A stretch of DNA of 64,000 nucleotides from an uncultured Gemmatimonadales bacterium (GCA_963795085.1 CAWCFX010000006.1:384001-448000), one strand, 5' to 3'. Positions 8,942 through 19,576 are shown, counted from the stretch's first letter. Numbers and translations: made by a program. Notes: generated by a model from the sequence alone, not told the origin.

Positions 8942-10207
8942 ATGACTGAAGCTGAAGCCATTGCCATGGACCGCGCCGATCCGCTCGCCGGCTTCCGGGA
9001 CGAGTTCCACCTGCCGCTCCGGCCCGACGGCACCCCGTGGATCTATTTCGTCGGCAACTCGCTGGGGTTGATGCCCCGGGCGGCGCGGGCCATCGTGGAC
9101 CAGGAACTGGACGACTGGGCGGCGCTCGGCGTGGAAGGCCACTTCCACGGGAAGACGCCGTGGTTTTCCTACCACGAAGTGTTCCGGGAGCAGGGGGCCC
9201 GCCTGGTGGGCGCCCGGCCGGGCGAGGTGGTCATGATGAACTCGCTCACGGTGAACCTCCATTTCATGCTGGCCACGTTCTACCAGCCGGCCACGGGCCG
9301 CAGCATCATCCTGGCCGAAGAGGGCGCCTTTCCCTCCGACACCTACGCGCTGGAAACTCACATCCGGCACCGTGGCTTCGACCCGGCGACCAGCCTGCTG
9401 CCGCTCCGGCCCCGGACCGGCGAGACCCTCCTCCGCACCGGGGACATCGAGGCGCTCCTCGAGGAGCGGGGGCAGGAGATCGCGCTGGTGATGCTGGGCG
9501 GGGTGAACTACTACACCGGGCAGCTCCTGGACCTGGGAAGGATTGCCGAGGCGGCCCGGCGGCAGGGGTGCATGGTGGGGTACGACCTCGCCCACGCCGC
9601 CGGCAACGCGCCGCTCTCGCTGCACGACTGGGACGTGGACTTCGCGGTGTGGTGCTCCTACAAGTACCTGAACGCCGGCCCTGGCGCCATCGCCGGGTGC
9701 TTCGTGCATGAACGGCATGGCCACAACCCGAAGCTGCCGCGGCTGGCCGGCTGGTGGGGCAACCCGCCGGACACCCGGTTTCAGATGCACCTGAACGAGC
9801 ACTTCGAGCCCGCGCCCGGGGCCGACGGGTGGCAGGTCAGTAACCCGCCGATCCTGAGCCTGGCGCCGCTCCAGGCCTCCCTCGAGCAATTCGACCGGGC
9901 CGGAATGCCCGCCCTCCGCAGGAAATCGCTGGCCCTGACCGGCTACCTGGCCACCCTGCTCGGCCGGCTTCCCGCCGGCCGCCTGGAGATCATCACGCCG
10001 GCGGACCCGGAGGCCCGCGGCTGCCAACTCTCGCTCCGAGTGCGGGAAGGGGGCCGCGAACTCTTCAATCGGCTGCAGGAAGCCGGCGTGCTCGGTGACT
10101 TCCGGAACCCCGACGTGATCCGGGTCGCCCCGGTGCCCCTGTACAACACCTTCCACGAAGCCTGGCGTTTCGCCGAGATCCTGCGGGACGCGCTCGACCG
10201 CGCATGA
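8942..10207 (+). CDS. kynU: Kynureninase
   Basis: YFVGNSLGLMP, MNSLTVNLH, DLAHAAGN, WCSYKYLNAGPG (PLP Lys), IRVAPVPLYN. Confidence 0.97.
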   Translation: MTEAEAIAMDRADPLAGFRDEFHLPLRPDGTPWIYFVGNSLGLMPRAARAIVDQELDDWAALGVEGHFHGKTPWFSYHEVFREQGARLVGARPGEVVMMNSLTVNLHFMLATFYQPATGRSIILAEEGAFPSDTYALETHIRHRGFDPATSLLPLRPRTGETLLRTGDIEALLEERGQEIALVMLGGVNYYTGQLLDLGRIAEAARRQGCMVGYDLAHAAGNAPLSLHDWDVDFAVWCSYKYLNAGPGAIAGCFVHERHGHNPKLPRLAGWWGNPPDTRFQMHLNEHFEPAPGADGWQVSNPPILSLAPLQASLEQFDRAGMPALRRKSLALTGYLATLLGRLPAGRLEIITPADPEARGCQLSLRVREGGRELFNRLQEAGVLGDFRNPDVIRVAPVPLYNTFHEAWRFAEILRDALDRA

Positions 10208-11526
10208 CCGACGAGGCGACCGGGTTCACCGTGATCGGAGCCGGGCTGGCCGGCTCGCTCATGGCCATCCTGCTGGGCCGGGCCGGCCACCGGGTGCAGA
10301 TCTACGAGCGGCGGCCCGATCCCAGGCTGGCGGGGGCCGAAGGCGGACGCAGCATCAACCTCGCCATCTCGACCCGGGGGCTCCACGCGCTCGACCAGGT
10401 AGGATTGAAAGACGCGGTGCTTGCCAGCGCGGTTCCGATGCGGGGCCGGATGATCCACTCCGCGACCGGCCACCTCACCTATCAGCCCTACGGCGAAGCC
10501 GGCCAGGCGATCAACTCGGTGAGCCGGTCCGGGCTCAACCAGCTGCTGCTCGAGGCGGCCGAACGGGAGACCGGCCAGGGGATTCACTTCGGCCACCGGC
10601 TGGGCGGGCTCGATTTCGACCGCGGCAGCCTCTCCTTCACCGGCCCGGACGGCAATCCCCGCGAGGTGCAGGCCGATGCGATCGTCGGCGCCGACGGCGC
10701 CTTCTCGGCGGTGCGCGGCCAGATGCAGGTCCGCGACCGGTTCAGCTATGCGCAGAGCTATCTCGAGCACGGGTACAAGGAGCTGTACATCCCGCCGGGG
10801 CCCGACGGCAGCTTCCAGATGGAGCCCCACGCGCTCCACATCTGGCCCCGGGGCGGCTACATGATGATCGCGCTGCCCAACCAGGACGGCAGCTTCACCT
10901 GCACGCTCTTCTGGGCATTCGACGGCCCCAACAGCTTCGCGCGGATCCAGAACGAAGGCGACCTGCTGCGGTTCTTCCCGGCCACCTATCCGGACGCGGC
11001 GCCATTGATGCCGACACTGGCGCAGGATTTCTTCGCCAACCCCACCGGCTCGCTGGTCACCATTCGCTGCTCGCCCTGGCACGTGGGCGGCCGCGCGGTG
11101 CTGCTGGGCGATGCGGCCCACGCCCTGGTGCCCTTCTACGGCCAGGGCGCCAACGCCGCCTTCGAGGACTGCGCGGTGCTGGACCGCTGCCTCCGGGACG
11201 CGGGACGCGACCGCGCGAAGGCTTTCGCCGCCTTCGAGCGGGCCCGGAAGGTCCACGCCGAGGCGATCGCGGACCTGGCGCTGGCCAACTTCGTCGAAAT
11301 GCGGGACCACGTCGCCTCGCCGCTCTTCCTCTTCAAGAAGAAGGTGGAGAAGCTCCTGCACCGCCTGGCGCCGAACGGCTTTCTCCCGCTCTACACCATG
11401 GTATCCTTCACCACGATCCCCTACGCCGACGCGGTGAACCGCGCCGCCCGGCAGGACCGCTGGCTCAAGGCGGGAGCCATCCTCGCCGTCCTGGCGCTGG
11501 CCTGGGCGGCCTGGTGCCTTGCCTGA
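10204..11526 (+). CDS. kmo: Kynurenine 3-monooxygenase
   Basis: GAGLAG, GRSINLAIS, HGYKEL, LHIWPRG, GDAAHALVPFYGQGAN, PLYTMVSF. Confidence 0.96.
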   Translation: MTDEATGFTVIGAGLAGSLMAILLGRAGHRVQIYERRPDPRLAGAEGGRSINLAISTRGLHALDQVGLKDAVLASAVPMRGRMIHSATGHLTYQPYGEAGQAINSVSRSGLNQLLLEAAERETGQGIHFGHRLGGLDFDRGSLSFTGPDGNPREVQADAIVGADGAFSAVRGQMQVRDRFSYAQSYLEHGYKELYIPPGPDGSFQMEPHALHIWPRGGYMMIALPNQDGSFTCTLFWAFDGPNSFARIQNEGDLLRFFPATYPDAAPLMPTLAQDFFANPTGSLVTIRCSPWHVGGRAVLLGDAAHALVPFYGQGANAAFEDCAVLDRCLRDAGRDRAKAFAAFERARKVHAEAIADLALANFVEMRDHVASPLFLFKKKVEKLLHRLAPNGFLPLYTMVSFTTIPYADAVNRAARQDRWLKAGAILAVLALAWAAWCLA

Positions 11527-12346
11527 TCATGCCGTTCAGCCGAACCCCGGAGCGCATGCCGTCATGACCCTGACCTACCCGGACTACCTGCAGCTGACCC
11601 GGCTGCTCGACCTGCAGACGCCGCGCTCCGACCCGGCCGAGCATGACGAGATGCTGTTCATCGTCATCCACCAGGTGTACGAGCTGTGGTTCAAGCTGGT
11701 GCTGCATGAACTGGAAAAAGCGCAGCGGGATCTCGAGGCCAATGACCTCTACGGCGCCATCGCCACCTTCAAGCGGGTCCGCACCGTCATGAAGACGCTG
11801 GTCGGCCAGCTCGACATCCTGGAGACCATGACGCCGATGTCCTTCTCGTCCTTCCGGGACCGGCTCGACACGGCGTCCGGCTTCCAGTCGGTGCAGTTCC
11901 GGGAGCTGGAGTTCATCCTGGGGAACAAGAAGGCGCGGGCCCTGGAGATGTTGGAGGAGAATTCCGAGGAGCGGACCCGGCTGGAGCGGCGGTACGGGCA
12001 GCGGACCGTGGTGGACTCGTTCTACCGTTTCCTCGCCCAGCGCGGTGTCACGGTGCCCGGGGCGCTGCTGGAGCGGGATCTCACCCAGCCCAACGAACCC
12101 AGCGAGCCGCTGCAGGAATCGCTCTTCCAGGCCTACCGGACCCAGCCCGACCTGGTGATCCTGCTCGAACTGATGACCGATTTCGACGAAGGCCTGCAGG
12201 AGTGGCGCTACCGGCACGTGAAGCTGGCGGAGCGGACCATCGGCGCCAAGAAGGGGACCGGCGGCTCGGCCGGGGTGGAGTTCCTGAAACAGTCGCTCTT
12301 TCGCCCGGTGTTCCCCGACCTCTGGGCGATAAGGCATAAGATGTAG
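11519..12346 (+). CDS. kynA: Tryptophan 2,3-dioxygenase
   Basis: TYPDYLQL, HDEMLFIVIHQVYELWFK, ASGFQSVQFR, WRYRH, KKGTGGSAG; alternative start 11564. Confidence 0.96.
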   Translation: MPDHAVQPNPGAHAVMTLTYPDYLQLTRLLDLQTPRSDPAEHDEMLFIVIHQVYELWFKLVLHELEKAQRDLEANDLYGAIATFKRVRTVMKTLVGQLDILETMTPMSFSSFRDRLDTASGFQSVQFRELEFILGNKKARALEMLEENSEERTRLERRYGQRTVVDSFYRFLAQRGVTVPGALLERDLTQPNEPSEPLQESLFQAYRTQPDLVILLELMTDFDEGLQEWRYRHVKLAERTIGAKKGTGGSAGVEFLKQSLFRPVFPDLWAIRHKM

Positions 12347-12575
12347 GAATTGAGGAAATGGGGGAATTTGTAATTGAGGGAATGGGGGAATTTGTAATTG
12401 AGGGAATGGGGGAATTTGTAATTGAATCCAATTCCACAATTCCCAATTCCCACATTATAAATTCCAACATTCCCTCAATTCCAACATTCCCTCAATTCCA
12501 ACATTCCCTCAATTCCAACATTCCCTCAATTCCAACATTCCCTCAATTCCAACATTCCCTCAATTACAAATTCAA
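12346..12575. repeat. Inverted composite repeat: three 24-mers facing about six 17-mers (AATTCCAACATTCCCTC)
   Basis: Between convergent kynA and RidA genes; TTGAGGGAATG and CATTCCCTCAA arms are complementary. Confidence 0.92.
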
Positions 12576-12997
12576 ATCGTTGCTATCACCTTGAGTTCGA
12601 TCGCGATCGGCGTCGGCAGCCGGCTCACTTCCACGGTGGTGCGGGCCGGCTGGTTCTCCGCGAAGTATTCGCCGTACAGCCGGTTGTAGAGCGGGAAGTC
12701 GGCCTTCATGTCGGTGAGGAAGCTGGTGACGTCCACGATCCGGTCCCACCCGGAGCCGGCGTCTTCCAGCACCATCCGGATGTTCTCGAACACCGCCCGG
12801 CACTGCACCTCGAAATCATAGGCCGTGATGTTCCCCGCCCCGTCGAGGGTGACACCGGGAATCTCCTTGCTGCCCCGCTTGCGCGGCCCTATGCCGCTCA
12901 CGAAGACCAGGTTGCCCACCTGCTTCGCATGGGGAAAGGGCCCGACCGGCTCGGGCGCCCGGGGGCTCACGATGCTCCTGATGATGGGTTGGGTCAC
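12572..12997 (-). CDS. RidA-family 2-aminomuconate deaminase (probable)
   Basis: APEPVGPFPHA, VSGIGPR, PARTTVEV..LPTPIAIELK; pathway context. Confidence 0.85.
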   Translation of the reverse strand: MTQPIIRSIVSPRAPEPVGPFPHAKQVGNLVFVSGIGPRKRGSKEIPGVTLDGAGNITAYDFEVQCRAVFENIRMVLEDAGSGWDRIVDVTSFLTDMKADFPLYNRLYGEYFAENQPARTTVEVSRLPTPIAIELKVIATI

Positions 12998-13016
12998 GGG
13001 TCACGCCTCGGTGATG

Positions 13017-14471
13017 TCAGGAAGGGCCGAGCGCCACGCAGACGTTCTTGGGCTCGGTAAAGAATCGGATCGCCTCGTCGCCGCCTTCGCGCCCTACGCC
13101 GCTGTTCTTCATCCCGCCGAACGGCACCCGCAGGTCCCGCATCAGCCAGGTGTTGATCCAGATGGTGCCGCAGGCCACCTGCTCCGCCACCCGGTGCGCG
13201 CGGGTGAGATCCCGGGTCCAGAGCGAGGCCGCCAGCCCGTAGTCGCTGTGGTTGGCCAGCGCCACCGCTTCCGCCTCGTCCTGGAAGGGTTGCACCGTGA
13301 CCACCGGGCCGAAGATCTCCTCCCGGTTGGTCCGGCACTCCGGGCCCAGCCCGGTGATGACGGTGGGTGACACAAAGAACCCGTCTCGACACCGCGCCGG
13401 CAGGTGTTCCGGCACGCCGCCCCCGGTGAGCACCGTCCCCCCCTCCTCGCGCGCCAGCGCGATGTAGCGCAGGACCTTGTCCCGGTGCGCCGCGGAGATG
13501 AGGGCGCCCTGCTCGGTGGCCGGGTCCAGGGGATCACCGATCACCAGCCCGCGGGCTCGCGCCACGAACCGGTCGAGAAAGTCCCGGTACACCGACTGCT
13601 CCACCAGGAGCCGGGACCCGCAGAGGCAGATCTGTCCCTGGTTGCTGAAGGTCGAGCGCACCGTGGCGGCGATCGCCTGCTCCAGGTCCGCGTCGCTGAA
13701 GATGATCGTGGGGTTCTTGCCGCCCATTTCCAGGGTAAGCTTCTTGAAGCGGGGCGCGGCGGCCGCGGCGATCTGGGCCCCGGTGGCCGTGCCGCCGGTA
13801 AACGAAATGGTCCGCACCGCCTCGTGCCCGACCAGGGCCGCCCCCGCCTTTGCCCCCAGCCCATGGACGATGTTCAGCACCCCGGGCGGCAGGCCGGCCT
13901 CCTCGCAGATCTCGCCCAGCTTCCACGCCGTCATCGGCGCCAGCTCCGATGGCTTGGCGATGGCGGTGTTCCCGGTCGCGATGGCCGGGGCCACCTTCCA
14001 TGACAACAGGTAGAGCGGCAGGTTCCACGGTGAGATGAGCCCGGCCACCCCCCGCGGGCGCCGTAGGGTGTAGTTGAGCGCCGAGTAGTCGGTGGAGTGG
14101 GCCTGCGACTCGGTGTGAAGAATCGCGGTGGCGAAGAACCGGAAGTTGCTCACCGCCCGGGGAATGTCCATGCGGGCCGCCAGCGTCACCGGCTTGCCGG
14201 TGTCCTGCGACTCCAGCCGGGCCAGCTGGTCCTGGTCCCGCTCAATCAGGTCGGCGATCCTGCCGATAATCCGGGAGCGCTCGGCCGCCGGCAGATGGGA
14301 CCAGGCCGGAAAGGCGCGTTCGGCCGCGAGAGCGGCCCCGTCCACATCGGCGGCCGTGCTGTCCGGGATCTCAGCCAGCGCCTGACCCGTGGCCGGCTCC
14401 AGGTTGGGCAGGTATTCGCCGGTGGCGGGGGGAACCTGGCAACCGTCTATGTAGTTGGTGAGTCTGGCCAT
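13017..14471 (-). CDS. 2-aminomuconate-semialdehyde dehydrogenase (ALDH8-like)
   Basis: ISPWNLPLYLLSWK, LEMGGKNP, NQGQICLCGSR, EEIFGPV; pathway context. Confidence 0.9.
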   Translation of the reverse strand: MARLTNYIDGCQVPPATGEYLPNLEPATGQALAEIPDSTAADVDGAALAAERAFPAWSHLPAAERSRIIGRIADLIERDQDQLARLESQDTGKPVTLAARMDIPRAVSNFRFFATAILHTESQAHSTDYSALNYTLRRPRGVAGLISPWNLPLYLLSWKVAPAIATGNTAIAKPSELAPMTAWKLGEICEEAGLPPGVLNIVHGLGAKAGAALVGHEAVRTISFTGGTATGAQIAAAAAPRFKKLTLEMGGKNPTIIFSDADLEQAIAATVRSTFSNQGQICLCGSRLLVEQSVYRDFLDRFVARARGLVIGDPLDPATEQGALISAAHRDKVLRYIALAREEGGTVLTGGGVPEHLPARCRDGFFVSPTVITGLGPECRTNREEIFGPVVTVQPFQDEAEAVALANHSDYGLAASLWTRDLTRAHRVAEQVACGTIWINTWLMRDLRVPFGGMKNSGVGREGGDEAIRFFTEPKNVCVALGPS

Positions 14472-14488
14472 GGGCAGAAGCTAGGGGG

Positions 14489-14710
14489 TCAGTGGGCCGG
14501 GGGGCCAGTGGGTCAGTGGGACAGGGGGTCAGTGGGTCAGTGGGACAGTGGGACAGTGGGTCAGTGGGTCAGTGGGACGGTGGGACGGTGGGTCAGTGGG
14601 ACGGTGGGACAGTGGGACAGTGGGACGGTGGGACCGTGGGTCAGTGGGACAGTGGGACGGTGGGACAGTGGGTCAGTGGGACAGTGGGTCAGTGGGACGG
14701 TGGGACGGTA
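14489..14710. repeat. Tandem 8-mer (CRGTGGGW)n
   Basis: About 27 units with T/A and A/G variants between divergent genes. Confidence 0.95.
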
Positions 14711-14866
14711 GGATAGGCTGAATCGGACGGCACGTTTCTCCGTACGGCGATATGGCTACATTTATCTCGCCCATCGGGGCCGGGGGTCAACGGGATCAGG
14801 GCCCCCTTCGTATTAGGCAAGTTGCTGGCCGATCGCTATTTACATCGTGACCATCCGGAGTCCTGT

Positions 14867-15709
14867 TTGATTCGTTCGATCAAGCGCAGCGTGGCCAAAC
14901 GCTCCAATCCGCTTCCCCTGTCCTGGCAAAAGCCCTGGACCGGGGCCGCGGCGAGCATGGTGATGCACGGCCTGGTCGTGGCGGTGTTCATCTTCGGCAC
15001 CCGGCAGGGGTCCGAGGTCATGCCGACCGGCACGCCGGTGAACGGGGCCCAGCAGGTCTCGATGGTGTACCTCCCTCCGCCGCCCAACCAGCGCCGGCTC
15101 GAACAGCCGGTGTCGCGTCCCGCGCCGGACGCCGTGCAGGCGCAGGAAGACCAGATGGCGCAGATCCGCGCCCAGGCGCCCGACCTGGCACCGGTGCCCG
15201 AAGACGCCACGCCCGAGCCGGATCCCGCTCCGGAGAAGCCGCCGGAATCCATGGCCTCGATTCCTCCGCCGCCCGCGGCCGAAGAACCCACCATGGAGTC
15301 GGAGGCCAAGCGGCTGTTTGGCCGGCCCCGGCTCAATGCCCAGCCCGACAACTCCGGCCAGATGGGCGCCCGCCTCGGCAACATCTCCGAACGCGACGAA
15401 CAGGCCCGCCGCAGTTGCGTGCCCAAGGCCCGCGATCCCAACGCCCAGATCGAGATGGCGGAGTTGATCGGCCGAGTCTGGTTCGACGAAGCCCACACCC
15501 GGCCCCTGGGCGGCGCGTACCTGCAGATGATCGGCACGCCCTATTCCACCTACAGCGACAACACCGGCCGCTACCGGCTGGTCTTCGACGCGTCGCTGGT
15601 GGACGAGTGCCGCACCCAGTACGTCCGGGTGGTCGCGGCGGGCTACAGCGGCAAGAACCTGGTCCTCGGCCTGGGACCCGGCGTCAACGACATCGTCATG
15701 GGGCGCTGA
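14867..15709 (+). CDS. TonB-like membrane-anchored Pro-rich protein with C-terminal carboxypeptidase-regulatory-like domain
   Basis: SMVMHGLVV TonB-like anchor, Pro-rich linker, YSDNTGRYRL..VVAAGY beta-sandwich; TTG start with GGAG SD (14822 also possible). Confidence 0.6.
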   Translation: MIRSIKRSVAKRSNPLPLSWQKPWTGAAASMVMHGLVVAVFIFGTRQGSEVMPTGTPVNGAQQVSMVYLPPPPNQRRLEQPVSRPAPDAVQAQEDQMAQIRAQAPDLAPVPEDATPEPDPAPEKPPESMASIPPPPAAEEPTMESEAKRLFGRPRLNAQPDNSGQMGARLGNISERDEQARRSCVPKARDPNAQIEMAELIGRVWFDEAHTRPLGGAYLQMIGTPYSTYSDNTGRYRLVFDASLVDECRTQYVRVVAAGYSGKNLVLGLGPGVNDIVMGR

Positions 15710-16796
15710 GCAGGCTCGCGATCGACCCTCCCGGCACCGCCATCCGTCCTTCCCGGTTCATCGTCAGCTCGATGGTATCCTTCCCCGCGCCAAACCACCG
15801 CTCGCTCGGCTCCAGGTCGGACGGATAGGTAAAGAGCGGGAGACTCGCCGCGGCAAGCGCCGCCTGCGATCCGATGCCAGACTCCGGCATCGTCCCGGCC
15901 CACAGGGTGGCGCCATATTCCCGCGCGATTCGATAGATCCGGCACACCTCGGTGAGTCCGCCCACCCGGTGCACCTTGATGTTCCACACCTTCGGGCCGG
16001 CCAGCTCCACGATCTGGCGGGCGGCGCGGGCATCGCGCAGGGTCTCGTCCAGGCAGATCGGCGTGTGCAGCGCCCGGTCCAGCTTGGCATGGCCCAGCAA
16101 CTCGTCCGGCGGGAGCGGCTGCTCGATATAGAGCAGGCCTAGCTCGTCAATGCTGCGGAGCGCCGCCTCGTGCTCCGGCCACTCGTAGGCCCCGTTGGCA
16201 TCCACGGTGAGCGGCAGCCCGGTTCCCCGGAGCGTATCCGTGACCGCCCGCACCGGTTCCAGGTCCCAGCCCGGCGCGATCTTGATCTTGACCCGCCGGT
16301 AGCCCAGGCTCACCGCATCCCTCACCCAGCGGCAGAGCGTTTCAATAGTGCGGTCCTGCGGAATCCCCAGCGCCACCCCGCAGGGGACCGACCCGGCGCA
16401 CGGCTCTCCCAGCCGTTCACTCAGCAGGTCGGCCAGCCCGACCCCGCGGGAGGCCGCTTCCAGGTCCCACGCGGCCGTCTCCAGCGCCGCCCGGGCGAAG
16501 GGATTGCCCCGCACTCCGGTCCGGAGCGCCGCGTCGAGTGCCTCCGGGTTCTCGAACTCGCGGCCGCTGACGCGGGGAATCAGCACCTGCTCCAGCAGGT
16601 GCCGGGCGCCGGCCAGCGTCTCTTCCGAATAGAAGGGCAGCTCAAACGGGGGACACTCGCCGTAGCCGAGCGCGCCGTCCCGGCCGTGGAGCACGACGAT
16701 CAGCGAGCGCCGCACCGCTATCGTACCGCCGCTGATAATGAACGGCTCCACCAGCGGCAGTGACAGCTCGCGCAGCTCCACCCGGTCAATCTTCAT
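15696..16796 (-). CDS. o-succinylbenzoate synthase / N-acylamino acid racemase-like enolase-superfamily enzyme
   Basis: KIKIAPGWD, VDANGAY, YIEQP, ICLDE, NIK, GTMPESGIG; start MKIDRVELRE. Confidence 0.88.
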   Translation of the reverse strand: MKIDRVELRELSLPLVEPFIISGGTIAVRRSLIVVLHGRDGALGYGECPPFELPFYSEETLAGARHLLEQVLIPRVSGREFENPEALDAALRTGVRGNPFARAALETAAWDLEAASRGVGLADLLSERLGEPCAGSVPCGVALGIPQDRTIETLCRWVRDAVSLGYRRVKIKIAPGWDLEPVRAVTDTLRGTGLPLTVDANGAYEWPEHEAALRSIDELGLLYIEQPLPPDELLGHAKLDRALHTPICLDETLRDARAARQIVELAGPKVWNIKVHRVGGLTEVCRIYRIAREYGATLWAGTMPESGIGSQAALAAASLPLFTYPSDLEPSERWFGAGKDTIELTMNREGRMAVPGGSIASLLSAP

Positions 16797-17931
16797 GGGC
16801 CTCCGCGAGGTCGAGGAACCGGAGCACGCCGTCGCGCCGGTGGATGAGTCCTTCGCCCTCGAGATCCAGCATCCCGGCCACCAGTCCGTGCTGGGGATGG
16901 AACACGAGCTGGTGCAGCGCGCGCGCGGTGCGGGACCCCGCGGTGGCCGCGTACTCGCCCAGGGGAAGCTGGAAGAAGGTGTGCAGCTGCACGCTGGCGC
17001 AGCCATGCCGGGCGTAGTCGAGCACCATGCGGCCGGTGTTGATGTTTCCGGTGCCGGCAAGCGGGAGTCCCACCGCCCGGGCCCGCGGGCGCGCCAGCAC
17101 CCGGAGATTCCGGTCGCTCAGGTCCCATCCGCCGTAGGCCACGCCGAGAGCGGGATCGAAGAGCCGGTTGAATACCACGGCGCCCGCGGCTCCACTCGCC
17201 GCGGCGGCCTCCAGCATGCGCAGCTGGAACTCGTCATCGAACCGGGCGTTCATCAGCTTGAGGGCCAGCCTGGTGGACCCGTGCGCGGCGGTGACCAGCC
17301 CCGGCACCTCGCGGATCCAGCGAAGAATCCGCTCCTGCTCGTCCCCCAGCAGGTCGCCGGCCAGGGTGGGCGAGAAATCTTTTTCCAGGAGAAGCGGCTC
17401 GCTCCCCCACGCCGCGGCGATCTGGCCGGTTGTCCACTGGTACTCCTCCTCGCGGAACGGCTCCTCCAGCCGGGGGAGATGGAACTTCACCGACGGCACC
17501 ACCAGCAGCGATCCCGCTCGGGTGAAGTCGCGGCCGACCCGGACCAGCGCGAGGTAGTCCTCCAGCGAGCGGTCCCAGCCCCGCCCCTTCCAGGTCACCG
17601 TCCACCCCGCTCGGCCCGTCGCGGAGAGCCGCGGCTCCACCAGCATCCGGGCCTCGTGAATCGCCCAGGCCACCATGGACTGCGCGCCGCCTTCATCCTC
17701 CGCGATCACCGTCTTGAGCACGGTGTACGCCAGCCCCGCCTCGGCGTCCGCGGCGAGCTGTTCCTCCTTGAGCGAGAGCTGGCCGCTTCCCTTCCCTATC
17801 GGATGGGGGAGCGGGACGCCGAGGTAGGACGCGGTGAGGTCGATCCCGTACTGCTCCCGCACCACCTGGGGCCAGTCGGCGGGAAGACCCTCCCGGAACC
17901 GTTCGAAGTCAGACTTGAGACTGGCGCGCAT
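16786..17931 (-). CDS. Dihydroorotate/dihydropyrimidine dehydrogenase-like FMN protein
   Basis: DLTASYLGVPLPHPIGKGSG, VLKTV, LKL, FNRL, AGTGNI, ASVQLHT. Confidence 0.7.
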   Translation of the reverse strand: MRASLKSDFERFREGLPADWPQVVREQYGIDLTASYLGVPLPHPIGKGSGQLSLKEEQLAADAEAGLAYTVLKTVIAEDEGGAQSMVAWAIHEARMLVEPRLSATGRAGWTVTWKGRGWDRSLEDYLALVRVGRDFTRAGSLLVVPSVKFHLPRLEEPFREEEYQWTTGQIAAAWGSEPLLLEKDFSPTLAGDLLGDEQERILRWIREVPGLVTAAHGSTRLALKLMNARFDDEFQLRMLEAAAASGAAGAVVFNRLFDPALGVAYGGWDLSDRNLRVLARPRARAVGLPLAGTGNINTGRMVLDYARHGCASVQLHTFFQLPLGEYAATAGSRTARALHQLVFHPQHGLVAGMLDLEGEGLIHRRDGVLRFLDLAEAHED

Positions 17932-18785
17932 GCTGCACGGCCGCGATCACGCGGGCCCGGTCGGAATCGGGAAGGGACGGCCCCCACGGGTCATCGCAGG
18001 AGTCGTCGGGGATGATACTCTCGGCGGCGAGGGCCCAGAGCATCCGGCGGATGTATCCCTCCATCGGCTCGGTGAAGGTGGCCTGGGCAAACTCGTCGCA
18101 GACGGCGGAGAGCCGGTGGAAGCGGTCCCAGTCGGCGGCGGCGTGGCTCTGGAGCAGGTCCGCCTGGATGTCGGTGAGGGCGGCGCCCATGCCGATGAGC
18201 GCGGTGGTGGCGCCCATCATGATGGAATAACCCAGGAAGCGGTCTTCCCCGGTGATCAGCCGCTTGCCGGGATGCTTCCGCAGCAGGCCCGCGATCCTCT
18301 GAAACGTCATCACCGAGTCCAGCGTGGCGACCTTGATCCCGGCCACTTCGGGCAGGTCGAGCAGCGCGTCGAGCACCTCGTCGCTGTACGACACTCCCCC
18401 GGCGGCGGCATAGAGATGAAAGACGATCGCCGGGCAGCTCGCGGCCCAGCCGGCGATGATACTCGACCGGGCTGTCGGCCTGGGGGAAGACGAGCAGCGC
18501 ATCGGCGCGGCCCCGCCGGGCCTCGATCGCCATGGTGATGTCCCGGGCGCCGGCGACGATCACCCTGTCTGGAAGCGCCTCGCGCCAGATCTCCAGCACC
18601 AGGCGGCGCTGGTCGGCGCTCAGGTGCGGGCCCCGGCCGGTGTGGGCCCACACCGCCACCCCGGCGACCGGCTGCCCAGCCATCCAGGCCGCGTACTTCC
18701 GGAGCGCCGCCTCGTCAATCGTGTTCCCTCGGAAGGGCACCGGTACGGCGGGAATCAATCCGTCGGGGATGGGCCGCGGCGCCAT
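17909..18785 (-). pseudogene. DHDPS/NAL-family aldolase with +1 frameshift near 18432
   Basis: N-half (GLIPAVPVPF, AHTGRG) and C-half (FHLY, GIKVA, TGED) lie in different frames; CTG CCC G GCG ATC has one extra base; may be an assembly error. Confidence 0.8.
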
Positions 18786-18790
18786 GGGCG

Positions 18791-19576
18791 TCAGCTCCGC
18801 TGGCCGAGGGTGGCCGCGTTGCCGCTTTCGATGGAGGCGCGCTGGGCGTCGGTGAGATCGCTCAGGTCCAGCTTGGCGGGGCCATTCTCTGGCAGCCGGA
18901 GCGGCATGCCGGTGCCGAAGACGAACCGCTCGGCGCCGATGGTGCCGACCAGCGTCTTGAGATGGTCCTCCGGTGGTCCCCAGATCCAGGAGATGTCCCA
19001 CCAGATGCGGCCGGCCTCCTCCGGCGTGGACCCGAAATGCACCTCCTCGATGAACCCGCGATCGGCATGGGTGATGATCATGCGGAGCCGGTGGTGCGCC
19101 CGCACCAGCCCGCGCACCGTGGCGGGCGAGAGATCGGGCGCCACGTCGTTGGGATGGCGCTGCCGCAGGTCCTCCAGCTTCACCGCCATCAGGAGCGGCA
19201 ATCCCATCTCTCCAGACGCCGTCGCCAGGGCGTTCATCGCGGCGCCGGCCGGGTCCATGCCGAGGAAGTTGGGATCGCAGCGCACCGCGGGGGCGCGGTG
19301 GCGGCGCGCCTCGTTCATTACGTCACGCCAGTTGGCCAGCTCCGGCTGCACCGAGGGCACCGGGCGGAACCGGGGTTCCTTCTCCGCCGTCTCGTAGAGC
19401 CAGCCATTGCCCTCGGAAGGGTCCTTCCAGAAGAGGCTGGGCAGGTGGCTCACCCAGGCCTGCGCGATGCCGACCCGGTCCATGTCCGCGAGCACGGCGG
19501 CGGGCGTGGTCCCCGGGACTCGCCGGAAGGGATAGGAGCCGAGGAAGACGTTGACGTCGGTGATGGAGGGAGGCAT
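18791..19576 (-). CDS. Amidohydrolase_2 family protein lacking the HxH motif
   Basis: DVNVFLGSYPF, MDRVGI, IITH, RFVFGTGMP. Confidence 0.8.
   Translation of the reverse strand: MPPSITDVNVFLGSYPFRRVPGTTPAAVLADMDRVGIAQAWVSHLPSLFWKDPSEGNGWLYETAEKEPRFRPVPSVQPELANWRDVMNEARRHRAPAVRCDPNFLGMDPAGAAMNALATASGEMGLPLLMAVKLEDLRQRHPNDVAPDLSPATVRGLVRAHHRLRMIITHADRGFIEEVHFGSTPEEAGRIWWDISWIWGPPEDHLKTLVGTIGAERFVFGTGMPLRLPENGPAKLDLSDLTDAQRASIESGNAATLGQRS

Noticed and set aside
15696..16796. menC / menaquinone biosynthesis
   Set aside because: No other men genes; the context points to an NAAAR-like or other enolase-superfamily role.
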